Assembly (NCBI GenBank): GCA_036785375.1
Contig: JAWMAR010000346.1
Span: 248,001-312,000, forward strand
Direction: 5' to 3'
From: Leucoraja ocellata
Taxonomy: Eukaryota
Length of the DNA stretch: 64,000 nucleotides
The notes below the pieces were generated by a model that was not told the DNA's origin, searched no databases, and was given only the letters and a program-made list of their open reading frames with translations. Each line of letters starts with the position of its first letter. Positions within the stretch are counted from its first letter, which is position 1. The position numbers and the translations under genes are program-made. Of the stretch, positions 13,148-25,306 are shown piece by piece.

Positions 13148-14289
13148 AAACCTTAACTGATGTTTGTCATTTCCTTTGTTTATTCCAGCCTCTGCCAGTT
13201 TGGAAAATCACTTTAATTGTATGTTGAAAATATTCTGTTAACCATGCCAAGAAAATCTGCAGGCTGGTTGTTTCTGAGCTGAGTTCCAGAGCGCTTATTA
13301 ATTTACTGGGTGGTCAAAATGAATAAATTGCTGCGTTTACTGCACCATGGGAGCACCTCTACTCAGGGCCTTAATGACCTCACTGTAAGGAGATCCAAGA
13401 GATTACATCAGGCCAACATCATTAGTCCTTCCACTCATGCTCTGCAGCAACAATCCTTTAACACCATCAGCCCTCTGAGAACCAAAACATCCAACATCAA
13501 ATCAGCCTCACAGGTGACACATGACATTGAGAATTCTTTGTGAATGTGCCTAATAGAATAGGTAAGGAGAAACCAGTAGATCAGGAGCACTTGAATTTCC
13601 AGTAGGTTTTCAAATAAAGTTCTATTCAAAAGGTTGGTGCACAAGGTTAGAAGGTCCACAATTCCTAGTAATGCACCAACATGCATTGGCAATTAGTTTA
13701 GGAAAGAACTGCAGATGCTGGTTTACACCGAAGATAAACACAAGAAGCTGGAGTAACTCAGCGGGTCAGGCAGCGTCTCTGGAGAAAACAAATAGATGAC
13801 CTCTCGCGTCGAGACCCTTCTTCAGGCTAAGCGTCAGGGGAGAGGGAAACTAGAGATATGAAAAGGTACAAAGTGTAGCGAGAGAGGGTGTTGCAGAACT
13901 CTCATTGGAGAGAGGAAGGGGAACTTCTTCAAAGTTGGCATACCTTGAGGAGATTCTGCACTGGATTGGGACAAATGTGTAGGAAGAAACTGGACTGAAA
14001 GCAAAGATTGGAATAAGTAGATCATTCTCAAGATGGCAAAATATAATTAATGGAGACCTCACACCAGGGGTGGGAAGAAGTGGAATTATTTACAAAGAAG
14101 AATCAAGACGATTCCTGACATTAACTGTTAATTAAATACTTGGAATGGAGTTTTGAAATTGGGAAGAAGAAATCGCCTGGTGGCAGAAGATGTAAAACAC
14201 CATCAAAGATATTGGCCTCTAAACACTGCAAACTCAGCCCTCACCTACATAAAGCCAGCGGCTGTAGCAGCACCCAGGTCTTGGCCAGT

Positions 14290-14317
14290 CTGAAGAAGGG
14301 TTTCGGCCCGAAACGTC
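14290..14317 (+). ncRNA. Minimal hammerhead ribozyme core, subfamily B
   Basis: CTGAAGA-A-GGGTT(TC)GGCCC-GAAA-CG-TC. Stem II is retained through G-U pairs. Confidence 0.68.
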
Positions 14318-15252
14318 GCCTATTTCATTCACTCCATAGATGCTGCTACACCCGCTGAGTTTCTCCAGCAATTTTGTGTACCTTGGCAAAACATGACTTG
14401 TTTGGACATCAAATTGATTTCAGACGATTACTGTGTGAGTGGTTGGGGTCCTGGGGGTGATTGTGAGAGAGCAGTGATGTTTATGTGATTTCATCTTTCA
14501 TCGATTTTGTGGTTTTTGACTGTTATTGGATTAATTTCCCTCCTGGGATAAATAACGTTTTATCGTATCGTATCGTATGCACAGTGGATGAGAAATGCAT
14601 TTAAATCCATATAAATGAAGGGTTAAAATCGGCATCTTCCAGTCTATACCTTTATTAATCAATTATTAGAACAACCCGACCCAAAATGTCACCCTTCCTT
14701 CTCTCCAGAGATGCTGCCTGTCTCGATGAGTTACTCCAGCATTTTGTGTCTATCTTCGGTATAAACCAGCATCTGCAGTTAGTTCCTACACACTCGATCC
14801 TGGAAACACTTGGAATGGTCCAGTTGATAATGTAGTTATTGAGCCAAGCAGATGGGAAACAGGCCCTGCGGCCCAACTTGCCCTTACGGACCAAGATGCT
14901 CCATCTAGGCTACCTGCCTGCATTTGGCCCATATACCTCTAAATCTTTCCTGTCCATGTACCTCTCCAATTATATTTTAAATGTTATTATAGTACATGCC
15001 TCCGCTGGCAGCTCGTTCCAAAAGATCCTCACCTTAATATTTAGGAGACACAGTCATTCATTGGCACAGTAGCAAAATGGAGTAGCAACATGATCTTTCT
15101 ACCGTGAAATCAACAACTGAATCTGTGGAGAAACTTGCATGAAGCAAGTCACGGTTTACAGCTGCGAATATTAGATCAGAACTTTTTCTACCTTTCAGAC
15201 ACAACATAAGGACGCAGCAGTACAAGGCAGTACACGGTTTACAGCTGCCTTG

Positions 15253-15608
15253 AGGGCCTGTCCCACCAGCATGCGACAAGCGCGACCAAACTGGAAGCGG
15301 GGGCTGCGTGGAGGTCGAGTGAGTGACGTGAAGTTCGAGTGACGTCCGCGGGAAGTTCGCGCGTGACGTACGGCGTCGAGACGCTGCGCACGCCCGTCGA
15401 AGTGGCTGCGGGCCGGCAGGCCGATGCGCGCGTAATTTTTGAACACAGTCAGTTTTTCGGAGCTCCACGCGATGTCGGGGCCAGCTACGCACAACTCCAT
15501 ACGGCTCCGGCGATCAAAGTGGGACCGGCCCCGCGAGGCCGTATGGCTCAAGCAACCACGTTAGGTTGTGCTTGACGCATGGAGTCGCACGCTCATGGGG
15601 CAGGCCCT
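15253..15608. mobile_element. CpG-rich MITE of the same terminal family
   Basis: agggcctgtcccac ... atggggcaggccct. Internal similarity to 2740-3203 (aagttcgcgcgtgacgt, cacgcgatgt, gggacc). Confidence 0.72.
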
Positions 15609-16149
15609 TTACAGCAACTCTACCAGAGTTCTAACGTTCTCCCCGTGACCGCATGGGTTTCCTCCGAGATCTTTGGTTTCCTCCCACACTCTAAAGGGCC
15701 TGTCGCACTTGGGCCGACATTTACACGGCAGGCCGCACAGCCGTCTGGAGCGCGATGCTGAGATCTTCCAACAATTCTGTCTTTTATTTTACATGTAGAG
15801 GCAGGGGCAGCGCAAACATGTGATGCAGAGAAAGTCTCTGAGAGAAGACACTGGCAAGTGGTCAAGAACACAGGGCCCACCAGGATCCCAGGATGGAGTG
15901 ATTGCTGGTCCTGTCAAATAGAAACGGCACAATGATAAATGGCTTTCAGCACTTGTGCCACAAAAATGATATCAGCACCACTGGATACTGATGCCTGTGA
16001 GAGTCAAGAACAAAGAATAATGATGCTGAACATCCACTGGATGCTGCTGCCCGTGTTAGCCGACAAAAACCGCGGCGCTCAGTCAGTGTCAAGAGTGAAT
16101 TCCGAGGTTATCAGCAACTCACAGCTCCGACTGTGCCACCTGGAGCAGC

Positions 16150-16165
16150 GGTTGCCATGGCAACC
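16150..16165. promoter_or_regulatory. Perfect RFX X-box palindrome
   Basis: GGTTGCCATGGCAACC, a 16-bp perfect palindrome containing consensus GTTGCCATGGCAAC, in TE-free intronic DNA. Confidence 0.6.
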
Positions 16166-16635
16166 TATAGTTTGCCTCCACTGAAATGGAGCGTGACATC
16201 GGAAACACAAATGACAAATGTTACCATTACCGTATTAAGCTCCATGTGTCCTGTCATCACACAGTGGTCCTCCACTTTGACAATCCCCATTTGCAGCAAG
16301 CTCCTCTGATGCTACATAAACACTGCCAGGTAACAGTTGACATTACAGCTGAAATCAATAGCAACGAGGCATGGGAACTCACACGCTGCTAGAAGCACCG
16401 CACAGCTGGAGGTTTATCCCTTGGCACCAATGCAACAGAAATCCTGTGTATCTTCCCATCGCAGTGGGATAACATGCATTAGTGGGTAGAGCCATGCAGA
16501 CCTGGACAATTTCACTTACAATTTGGTTGGATATCCTTTCATTGTTTTTCCTCCCCAAAAGTGCTAAGGTGAGCAAAAGCCTCCTCATATCTTTAATGTG
16601 AAACTGCTTCTGCCAAAACCAATCAACTTTATAAT

Positions 16636-16925
16636 GTGTTTAAGAAGGAACTGCAGATGCTGGAAAATCGAAGGTACACAAAAATGCTGGAGAAACTCAG
16701 CGGGTGCAGCAGCATCTATGGAGCAAAGGAAATAGGCAAGGTTTTGGGCCGAAACCCTTCTTCAGACTTATGGGGGGTGGGGGGACGAGGAGAAGAAAGG
16801 AAAAAGGAGGAGGAGCCCGAGGAGACAGCAAGGGCTAACAAAATTGGAAGAATTCAATGTTCATGCCCCCAGGATGCAGACTCCCCAAGCGGAATATGAG
16901 GTTCTGTTCCTCAAATTTCCGGTGT
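16636..16925 (-). mobile_element. PLE 3' fragment, subfamily B
   Basis: Minus strand encodes EEQNLIFRLGSLHPGGMNIEF, followed by the subfamily-B hammerhead tail. ttataatgtg is duplicated on both flanks. Confidence 0.8.
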
Positions 16926-16939
16926 TATAATGTGGCCTG

Positions 16940-17250
16940 CTTAGATTAGTTTAGAGATACAGTGCAGAAACAGGCCCATTGGCCTACCGAGTCCGCACCA
17001 ACCCATGCACATTAACACTATCCTACACACACTAGGGAGAATTTACACAGACACCAAGCCAATTAACCTACATGCCTGTACGTCGTTGGATTGTGGGAGG
17101 AAACTGAAGATCTTGGAGAAAACCCACTCAGTCACGGGGAAAACGTACAAACTCCATACAGACAGCACCCGTCGTCAGGATCGAACCTGGGTCTCTGGCG
17201 CTGCAAGCACTGCAAGGCAGCAACTCTACCGCTGCGCCACTGTGCCACCC
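16940..17250 (-). mobile_element. HE1-like SINE
   Basis: Reverse complement of the 11268 element, with B box ggttcgatcc. Confidence 0.88.
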
Positions 17251-17929
17251 ACATGTTCCACAGCAATGGGAACGGAGCCACTACTGTAGAAGCACTAAAT
17301 ACAAATCACACTTGTGTGAGGCCTGTGTGTGCGATGGAACAGGGAATTTTATAAAACAAAAAAAAATCTATATCACTGCCGTCATATAATTTGTCTAACC
17401 ACAGGAGTCTGCCCCTCTGAGAAAAATCCTTTCAAAATCCTTCACTCCACTGAATGTCACTTTTCATTAAGATTGTGGGAAAATAATTTTCCTGTTTGCA
17501 CTACAGAAAATAAGGTAGGAATAAATCACACCACAGCCAATACCTCAACATTCAAAAACCGCTGACAGACAACTTGAGCTTTGTCCTATGATTTATGGCA
17601 GCTCTAACACAAATAATTATTACATACAATAAAAGCACTGCCTTTGAGAACTCTGAAAGTACATCCACTCCTCATGGTATAGCTTAAACAATACAAACTG
17701 GTAGGATTCGGATTTACACCCCACTAAATGTTGCCAGTTTAGTTTTTAAGCATTGAAGTAATCTGTCCTTACAATTTATACCCTACATTATTCGCGACAT
17801 TACTGCTCAACGTTTCTTTTTCTCTTTTCTCACTTTTTGAATCTCGCTTGCCCTTAAATAAATTTACAGTGACATCATTCTCATCATTCTACGGTGACGT
17901 TACTATGGAATTTTCCACAATGCTTACCT

Positions 17930-18490
17930 TGTATTTATGAGCCCAGGTAAAACCACCTGGTCACCCCATTACAGGAGGAATGTGAAAGCTTTGCAGATAA
18001 GGTTTACCAGGCCTGAAGAAGGATCTCGACCTGAAATGTTACCCATTCCTTCTCTCCAGAGATGCTGACTGACCCGCTGAGTTACTCCAGCTTTTTGTGT
18101 CTATCTTTACCAGGTAGTTTCCTGGATTGGACGTTATTAGCTAAAAGGAGAGGGTGGATAAACTTGAATTATTTTCTCTGGAGCACTGAAGGGTACGGAG
18201 AAACCTAATCAAACGTTGTAAAATTATCAGAGGCACAGACAGGGTGAAAATGTCATATACTAGAGAGCATAGATTTAAGGTGAGAGGGGGGGGGGGGATG
18301 TAAAAGAGATATGCAGGGCAGGTTCATTTACACAGGGAGCAGTGTCAAGTTTAGTGTTGGAAGCAGATCAGCAGTAGTGTTAAAGACACTTTTAGATCGG
18401 CACATGAATATGCATGGAGAGGGGATATGAATCACATGTACACAGGCAGGATTTATTTATTTGATGTGCTTCATCCAGTGCTGTGCTATT
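17930..18490 (+). mobile_element. Old CR1 3' fragment with nested PLE-tail copy (about 18012-18105)
   Basis: Decayed RT C-terminus. tttaccagg is duplicated around the nested insertion. Confidence 0.7.
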
Positions 18491-18577
18491 CTAAGATCTA
18501 TCCATCCCTTCCAGGTCTATCTCATCATATCCTTCGAATCTAGGGAACCCTGCTGACCACACATTTTTGTAAAAAAG

Positions 18578-19145
18578 TAATAATAATAATAATTTTATTT
18601 ATAGAGCACTTTAAAAACAAACATAGCTGCAACAAAGTGCTGTACATCACTAATCATTGACAAAAAGGTTAATACACACCAAAAATAACAATCAAAAGAA
18701 ATAGTAGGAAAAGACATGTAAAATAAAGAAACATCAAAAACACCACAAACAGAAGCAAAGCCTCAGGAATGGTCAAAAGCCAGGGAGTACAAATGTGTTT
18801 TAACACTGGATTTGAAGATGGACAGTGAGGGGGCCTGTCTGATGTGCAATGGCAGGGTGTTCCAGAGTGCCGGAGCAGCAACAGAGAAGGCTCTATCCCC
18901 TCTGAGCCTCCGACTAGACCTCGGTACCTCCAGGAGCAGCTGACCAGCTGACCTGAGAGACCGGGCAGGAGCGTATGGGTGGAGCAGCTCAGAGAGGCAA
19001 GGCGGGGCGAGCCCATTCAGAGATTTAAAAACAAATAACAGTATCTTAAAATGAACTCGAAAGTGCACCGGGAGCCAGTGGAGGGAGGCCAGAATTGGCG
19101 ATATGTGCTCCCTCTTTCGAGTCCCTGTTAAAAGGCGAGCAGCAG
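18578..19145 (-). mobile_element. Young L2 LINE 3' end
   Basis: HWLPVHFRVHFKILLFVFKSLNGLAP...GDRAFSVAAPALWNTLP...FKSSVKTHLY, intact. (TTA)n tail. Confidence 0.93.
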
Positions 19146-19250
19146 TAATGATAGATTCTACCTTGGTTCTGCAGCATATCCAGCAGCAGCATCAACCTCA
19201 GCATTATATAATATGGAGAATACAACTATGTACAGTATTCTGAATGTGAA

Positions 19251-19335
19251 GGGTTTCGGCCCGAAACGTTGCCTATTTCCTTCGCTCCATAGATGCTGCC
19301 GCACCCGCTGAGTTTCTCCAGAACTTTTGTCTACC
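19251..19335 (+). mobile_element. Short PLE-tail insertion, subfamily B
   Basis: 13-bp TSD ttctgaatgtgaa at 19238-19250 and 19336-19348. Confidence 0.8.
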
Positions 19336-19634
19336 TTCTGAATGTGAACGCTACACCATGACTTTGTGCTCTATTTGTCCACCTTCAATCTTCTTTACTA
19401 TGGAAATAATTTCCAAGGAGAACATGATTGTATTCTTCCCACCAAATGTAATGTCGCACACTAATCCATATTGAAGATTGTTAGCCCATTATCTGCCCAT
19501 TATCCATGTTTATTAATGTTTTCCTACAGTTTGGAGCATCTTTCACTACGTGAATGATGCCCAAGTAATACAGCATGGAAACAGGTACTTCAACCCATGC
19601 TGACCATCAACCTCTCATCTAGACAAATCCTAGT

Positions 19635-19975
19635 TCATAAGTAACAGGGGCAGAATTTGGCCATTCGGCCCATCGAGTTGACAGCCATTCAATCATGGCT
19701 GATCTATCTTCTCCTCTCAAACCCATTCCCCTGCCTTCTCCCCATAACTTTTGACACCCTTATTAATCAAGAATCAGCCTATCTTCTCTTTAAAAATACC
19801 CTATGACTTGGCCTTCACAGCTGTCTGTAGCAAGAAATTCCTCCTCATCTCCTTTCTAAAGGTACATCCTTGTATTCTGAGACTGGTCCTCGACTCTCCC
19901 ACGAGTGGAAACATCCTCTCCACATTCCCTCCAACCAGGCCTTACACTATTCTGTAAGTATCAATGAGGCCCCCC
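19635..19975 (-). mobile_element. CR1 3' end
   Basis: ggccattcggccc...atcatggctgatct 3' UTR plus RT C-terminal remnant. Confidence 0.75.
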
Positions 19976-20959
19976 TCTTTACTTTGTCACGATACTTTGG
20001 ATGGCACTTGTGACTTGAGCAATTTAGTCTGCAGCAGGGGTGGAGTTCTAACTGGAACATCTACTGCACAGTTCAGTTTAAGCAGTACTGTACATTTGGA
20101 AGCTAATGGCAGCTATAACTGTTTAACTGAATAGCCGCGTTATAACTTACAACTAGTAATATATTATTCATAAGATATGTGGTAAAATTGACTGCTCCAT
20201 CATTAAATATGACAGATATTATGGATGAATGTTTGGGCCCTTTCAGATGCATTTAGAAGCAATTGGCATCTTGCCCGATGGGAGTCTTGCCTGCTGAAAT
20301 AAACTACAGAATATGGACTTGTGTCATTGTCAATTACATTATTGGACACAAAGACCTTTATATTCTCAAATATGGAAGATTTTCACATCTCTGCTATTTC
20401 ATTCAAACTGTCAGTGGCAAGTCATTTTATGGGAATTACAATGCATGTATTAAAGCATCAATAATGATCACAACATCTCTGAATGTGAGAGATGATGCAG
20501 GAATACTACTGAAGAGCAGTCACTGTTATGATATAAGTTTACATACAAAGGATCCATTGAATAGCAATGATATAATCAAGTCCCTGGAGAGTACCTCTAT
20601 TTAAAACAGTGAAATGGGATCCCTCACATCCATCTAGAGGAGATTGGCTTGGCAAGTGCTTCACATCTCATTTGAAAACATCATCATGGACAGGAGAGCA
20701 TTCTCCTAGTAGTCAGCTCGGAAGAGGATTTGAATAAAATCATCAATCGACGGAAATAATTTTATCAACAAGAAACCTCCAGTTGATCGGCAATTTAGCT
20801 GTTAGCATGTCCTGTGCAATTGATGAATGGCAAGAAGTACATTTTCATCCAGTACAAGTCAGACCCACGTTGTCAATAACCAACCTTTACATACAAGGGA
20901 GCAATTGGTGGGAGGAATTTCCCAGACGTTATGTGGCTGCAGGTGACTGTGATAGAATC

Positions 20960-21290
20960 ATAGGGTCATTGACTTATGTAGCACGAAACAGGCCCTTCAG
21001 CCCACCTTGTCCATGCTAACCATTGGTATTCTGGGATTGTCCCTTTTGCCTGCTTTTTGCCCATAGAGCTCCTAATCCTTACTATCCAGATATCTGTCCA
21101 ATTGTCTTTCAAAGTCATAATTTTATATGCTTCTAAAACCCTCTGGTAGCTTATTCTAGGCCCCTAAGGTCCCTTTTACATCAAACCCTCTCATCCTAAA
21201 TCTATGTCCTTTATTTTTTATAATCCTCTATCCTGGGAAAAAGACTGAGTATTTACTTTACACATGCCCCTCGTGACCTTGTATTCCTCA
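20960..21290 (-). mobile_element. Old CR1 3' end, continuing at about 22200-22790 beyond the foldback element
   Basis: CR1 tail aaacaggcccttcagccc and RT remnants on both sides of the inverted repeat. Confidence 0.65.
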
Positions 21291-21292
21291 AT

Positions 21293-22163
21293 AGGGTGAT
21301 TTCACGAAAGGTCACTGGAGCGTAGATCCGCACCCACGTGACCGAAAATCTGAAGTGGAGTACATGCTATACATCCGGTACATGTTAGTGAATGGGAAAA
21401 CACGCACTTTCACACCTGTTAAAAACATCGAAAACGGCCAGTTTTTGAGCTGCAATTTACTGTGCCAGTCGGGGTGACCGTGAGGCACAGCTACCTAAAT
21501 TTACAGTCCAAAAAAAAGATAGAAACTAAGGTAAATTCAAGAGGGAGCTGAAGGTGCAAATCCAGTGGAAGTGAACAGCGGACATTTGCCGTGGAGATTT
21601 AAAAATCCAAAATATCGGGAATTATCGCGTTTGCTCGCTGAATTTCATCAAAAGTAAGGCATTATTGACTTTTTTATCTTTATTCATTTGTTATATGAAA
21701 AGTTTTAAAAGTGAAAAATCCGTCAGTAAAATTGCAAAATCGCCCATGGTTCTCAGGTGGGTTTTAACATGCAAAATGAAAACGCTTCTGAAGCTACATT
21801 TACCATTTAAATAATCGTAAACTATCAATGAATAAAGATAAAAAAGTCAATAATGCCTTACTTTTGATGAAATGCAGCGAGCAAACGCGATAATTCCCGA
21901 TATTTTGGATCTTTAAATCTCCACGGCAAATGTCCGCTGGTCACTTCCGCTGGATTTGCACCTTCAGCTCCCTCTTGAATTTATCTTAGTTTCTATCTTT
22001 TTTTTGGACTGTAAATTTAGGTAGCTGTGTCTCACGGTCACCACGACTGGCACAGTAAATTGCAGCTCAAAAACTGGCCGTTTTCGATGTTTTTTAGGGA
22101 TGTGAAAGTGCGTGTTTTCCCATTCACTAACATGTACCGGATGTATAGCATGTACTCCACTTC
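21293..22163. mobile_element. Foldback / long-TIR non-autonomous DNA element
   Basis: Inverted arms 21352-21688 and 21827-22163 (337 bp each, highly similar) around a 138-bp spacer. The left arm has about 60 extra terminal bp. Confidence 0.85.
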
Positions 22164-22894
22164 TAGTCCGTGCCGAACACGTATTCTCCCCTAGTCCCAT
22201 CTACCTGCACTCAGACCATAACTCTCCATTCCTTTCCCGTCCATGAAATTACTCCTCAGCTTCCTAGGTTCTAAAGAAAAAATCCCAGCAAATCCAACTG
22301 CTCTCTGTAACTCTAGCCTACATGCAGGAATGATAGCTTGGTGAATCTCGTTTGCACTCTTTCCAACTTTGTAACATCCTTCCTAAAGTTGGGTGACAGA
22401 ACGGCACACAGTACTCCAAGTATGATCTCACCAACGACTTGTACAGCTGCAGCTTTTGTACTCAATAACCTGACTCACCAGCTCTCTGTTCTATAGTACT
22501 ACCATTTACTGCCCGAGTCCTACCCTTGTTTGACATTCCAAAGTGCAACACCTCACACTTGCCAGAGTTAAATTCCATTTGCTATTCCTTGGTCGACCTT
22601 CCCAATTAATCTAGTTCCTGTTATAAACGTTGATATCATTCCACACTGTCCACTATACCACCAACTTGGGTGTTTGTACATTTTCTAACAATGTTGACTA
22701 CATTGTCACCCAAATCATTAATGTAGATAACAAATAACAGTGAAACCAGCCCCACTCCCTGCGACAGACCACAGACCTCCAATCAAAAATAACATTAGCA
22801 TGACAACTGTTCATGGCAACAGCTGGAATTTTGTCACATCAAACTCATGACGATTTCAATCCAATTAACTTGTTGATGTTGATTTTGCAAGTCC

Positions 22895-23195
22895 AATCCT
22901 CCTCCCACCGCAAATTAGAGGAACAGCACCTCATATTTTGCTTGGGTGGTTTACACCCCAGCGGTATGAACATTGACCTCCAATTTCAGGTAGTCCTTGT
23001 TTTCTCCCTCCTTCCCCTACCCTTCCCAGCTCTCCCTCAGCCCACTGTCTCCGCCCCTTCCTTTCTTCTCCCCTCCCCCCCCCCCCCCCATCAGTCTGAA
23101 GAAAGGTCTCGACCTGAAACGTCACCCATTCCTTCGCTCCACTGATGCTGCCTCACCCGCTGAGTTTTTCCAGCTTTTTGTCTACCAGCTTTTTG
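22895..23195 (+). mobile_element. PLE 3' fragment: GIY-YIG C-terminus followed by hammerhead core
   Basis: RKLEEQHLIFCLGGLHPSGMNID, then a pyrimidine-rich spacer, then CTGAAGAAAGGTCTCGACCTGAAACGTC at 23096-23123. Confidence 0.85.
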
Positions 23196-23504
23196 TGTCG
23201 CTCTTTGGCTAAAGTCCATGTACAAAGGTCCAGGTAGACAATTGAAATTATAATATACTGCACAAATACTCTAATGCATCATTTCAGAAAGAAGCTGGTC
23301 CAAGGTATTACCCGTCTCTGCACCTGCGGGCGATCACAAAATGATCTATTGTATATTTGATGCAACATCCTTATGAGCATAACTTGCCACAGATTCACCA
23401 TCCTCTGACAATAGTCTCTAATTTCCATCATTGACTTTATTGTAAAGTAGAACTTAATCTACACTGACGTGTTTGGCACAAAATTGTGCTGACCAAGCAA
23501 AATG

Positions 23505-24047
23505 AAACTATCCAAATCTGAGGAAGGATGTGCTGGCATTGGAGAGGGCCCAGAGGAGGTTTGTGAGAATGATCCCAGCTATAACATGATACCCAAAATG
23601 ACTGGGTTAACACACATGATGAGCATTTCAAGGCAATGGGCCTGCACTCTAGAATTTAGCAAGATGAGGGGACTCCTCATTGAAACTTACCGATAGTAAA
23701 AGGTCAGGATGAAGTGAATGTGGAGAGGATGTTTCCATTAGTGGGAAAGTCTAGGACCGGAGGCTATACCTCAGAATAAAAGGATGTACCTCTAGAAAGG
23801 AGATGATTATTTCTTCAGAGGTTGGTGAATCTGTGGAATTCATTGTCACAGACTGCTGTGGAGGCAAAGTCAATGGATATTTTTAAGGCGGAGATTGACA
23901 GATTTTTGATTAGTACGTGTGCCAGCGGTTTTGGGGGAGCCGGCAGGAGAATGAATGGGGTTGAGAGGGAAATGTAGATCAGCCATAATTGAATGGCGGA
24001 GTAGACTTGATGGGCTGAATGGCCTTAATCTGCTCCGAAAACTTATG
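23505..24047 (+). mobile_element. Degenerate CR1 3' fragment
   Basis: LEFSKMRGLLIETY remnant, gtgaatctgtggaattcatt, typical CR1 3' UTR. Confidence 0.82.
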
Positions 24048-25219
24048 AAGAAACAGTGCCGGTGAAGAATTTAAAATATGCCAGTGTTTGGGAGGGCTGT
24101 GTGGACAGGGCAATGCCATGGGGCTGGTCTGCAGGCACGCAAGCACACATTCATGTTGCATACATTTTAGTCTCATTATTATCGGTAGAAGGCTTTGCAC
24201 AAACTCCAGACTGCACATCTCACTTTTTTTTCTGTCACATCAACATCTTAAGTTGCAATCATTATTTTGCTTCGAAGTTTGAAATGTTGTCTCTCGTTTA
24301 GCAAACGTGTTGCACAGCATTTAAAAGTTTTTACCGCTGGGGAGTCTGCACAAGTGTCTATATTGAACTGTGGGTGCAGAAAAGCCCACATTTCATGAGG
24401 ACTTTACACAAAAGGCCATGGGTTGGAAAAGACCCAACTCCAAATAAACACCGCAGACTGCCGATTTTTATCACAATCTATGATCCTGCAAGCGACTGAC
24501 TCTCTGTATAACTCCGTACATGCATCCGGGCTGAACCCTTCCAGAGGCTCAAGAGTCAAAGAGTGTTCGATTGTCATGTATCCCAGATAGAACAATGCCA
24601 TTCTTACTTGCAGCAGCACAACAGAATATATGTGAACATAGTACACTGTAAACAATGTAATAAACGAGAAAAACAAAACTTCAGTGTGTATACGCATAAA
24701 CAGACCACGTAACAACAATCGTGCATTAATAGTCTATGCAGTTCAGAGCTTAATGGGGGTTGTAGCGTTTCATTTGCCTGGTGGCTGCAGGGAATGAACC
24801 TTTGGCAGTGAACTTGCAAAAACAAAATTGCAAGACAGCTTGGAAAACATATGGTTAACATGCTAGAAATAGAATGAACACAGCGGACCGCGTGTGCAAC
24901 ACAGCACCGTCTTTTTAAAAGCATTTACTCTTTAGATCTACACATTCCCGCAGCACATACATTGCAATTATTAGGCTGTTTAGAGACTCCGCGTTCCAAA
25001 ATAATTTATTGGCCTCCAGATAACACTGGGAATGCTAGTCTTCTCAGCGTTTGTTATTAATTTTGAGCCTCCGCACATCAAACTCGTTCCAGCTCTATTG
25101 TCATAGCAACAACAATGTGCTGGGGGTGATTTCACTAACAAGCCCTGGTGCGTTTGCTCCTTTGCAGTGTGTGTGTGAGCGCTGTGCCAGGGTGGACTGG
25201 CCGTGGGAGCGGGACTTAC

Positions 25220-25273
25220 CGTCATGTGGCTCTCCTTGCTCTGTCTTCGCGCTGGAGACCCCAATCCCGGACT
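25220..25273 (-). CDS. GAS7: GAS7 internal coding exon (equivalent of human exon 5)
   Basis: ttcctttaccccccag|AGTCCGGGA...CACATGACG|gtaagt. 54 nt, phase 0-0. SPGLGSPARRQSKESHMT versus recalled human NLGSSSPSKKQSKENTIT (18 aa each). Confidence 0.92.
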
Positions 25274-25306
25274 CTGGGGGGTAAAGGAAGAGCCGTCAGT
25301 ACTCAT
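25274..25306 (-). CDS. GAS7: Putative alternative N-terminus of a short GAS7a-like isoform (in-frame 5' extension of the 54-nt exon)
   Basis: ATG at 25306 is in frame with the exon: MSTDGSSFTPQ|SPGLG. Recalled human GAS7a starts MSNMENSFDDVSCLSPQ|NLGSS using the same arrangement. Confidence 0.6.

Noticed and set aside
1-25219. Search for the next GAS7 exon (INCVTFPHP...WSYCDYFW)
   Set aside because: No match was found by eye. It probably lies beyond position 1, or possibly in the 12504-12662 gap.
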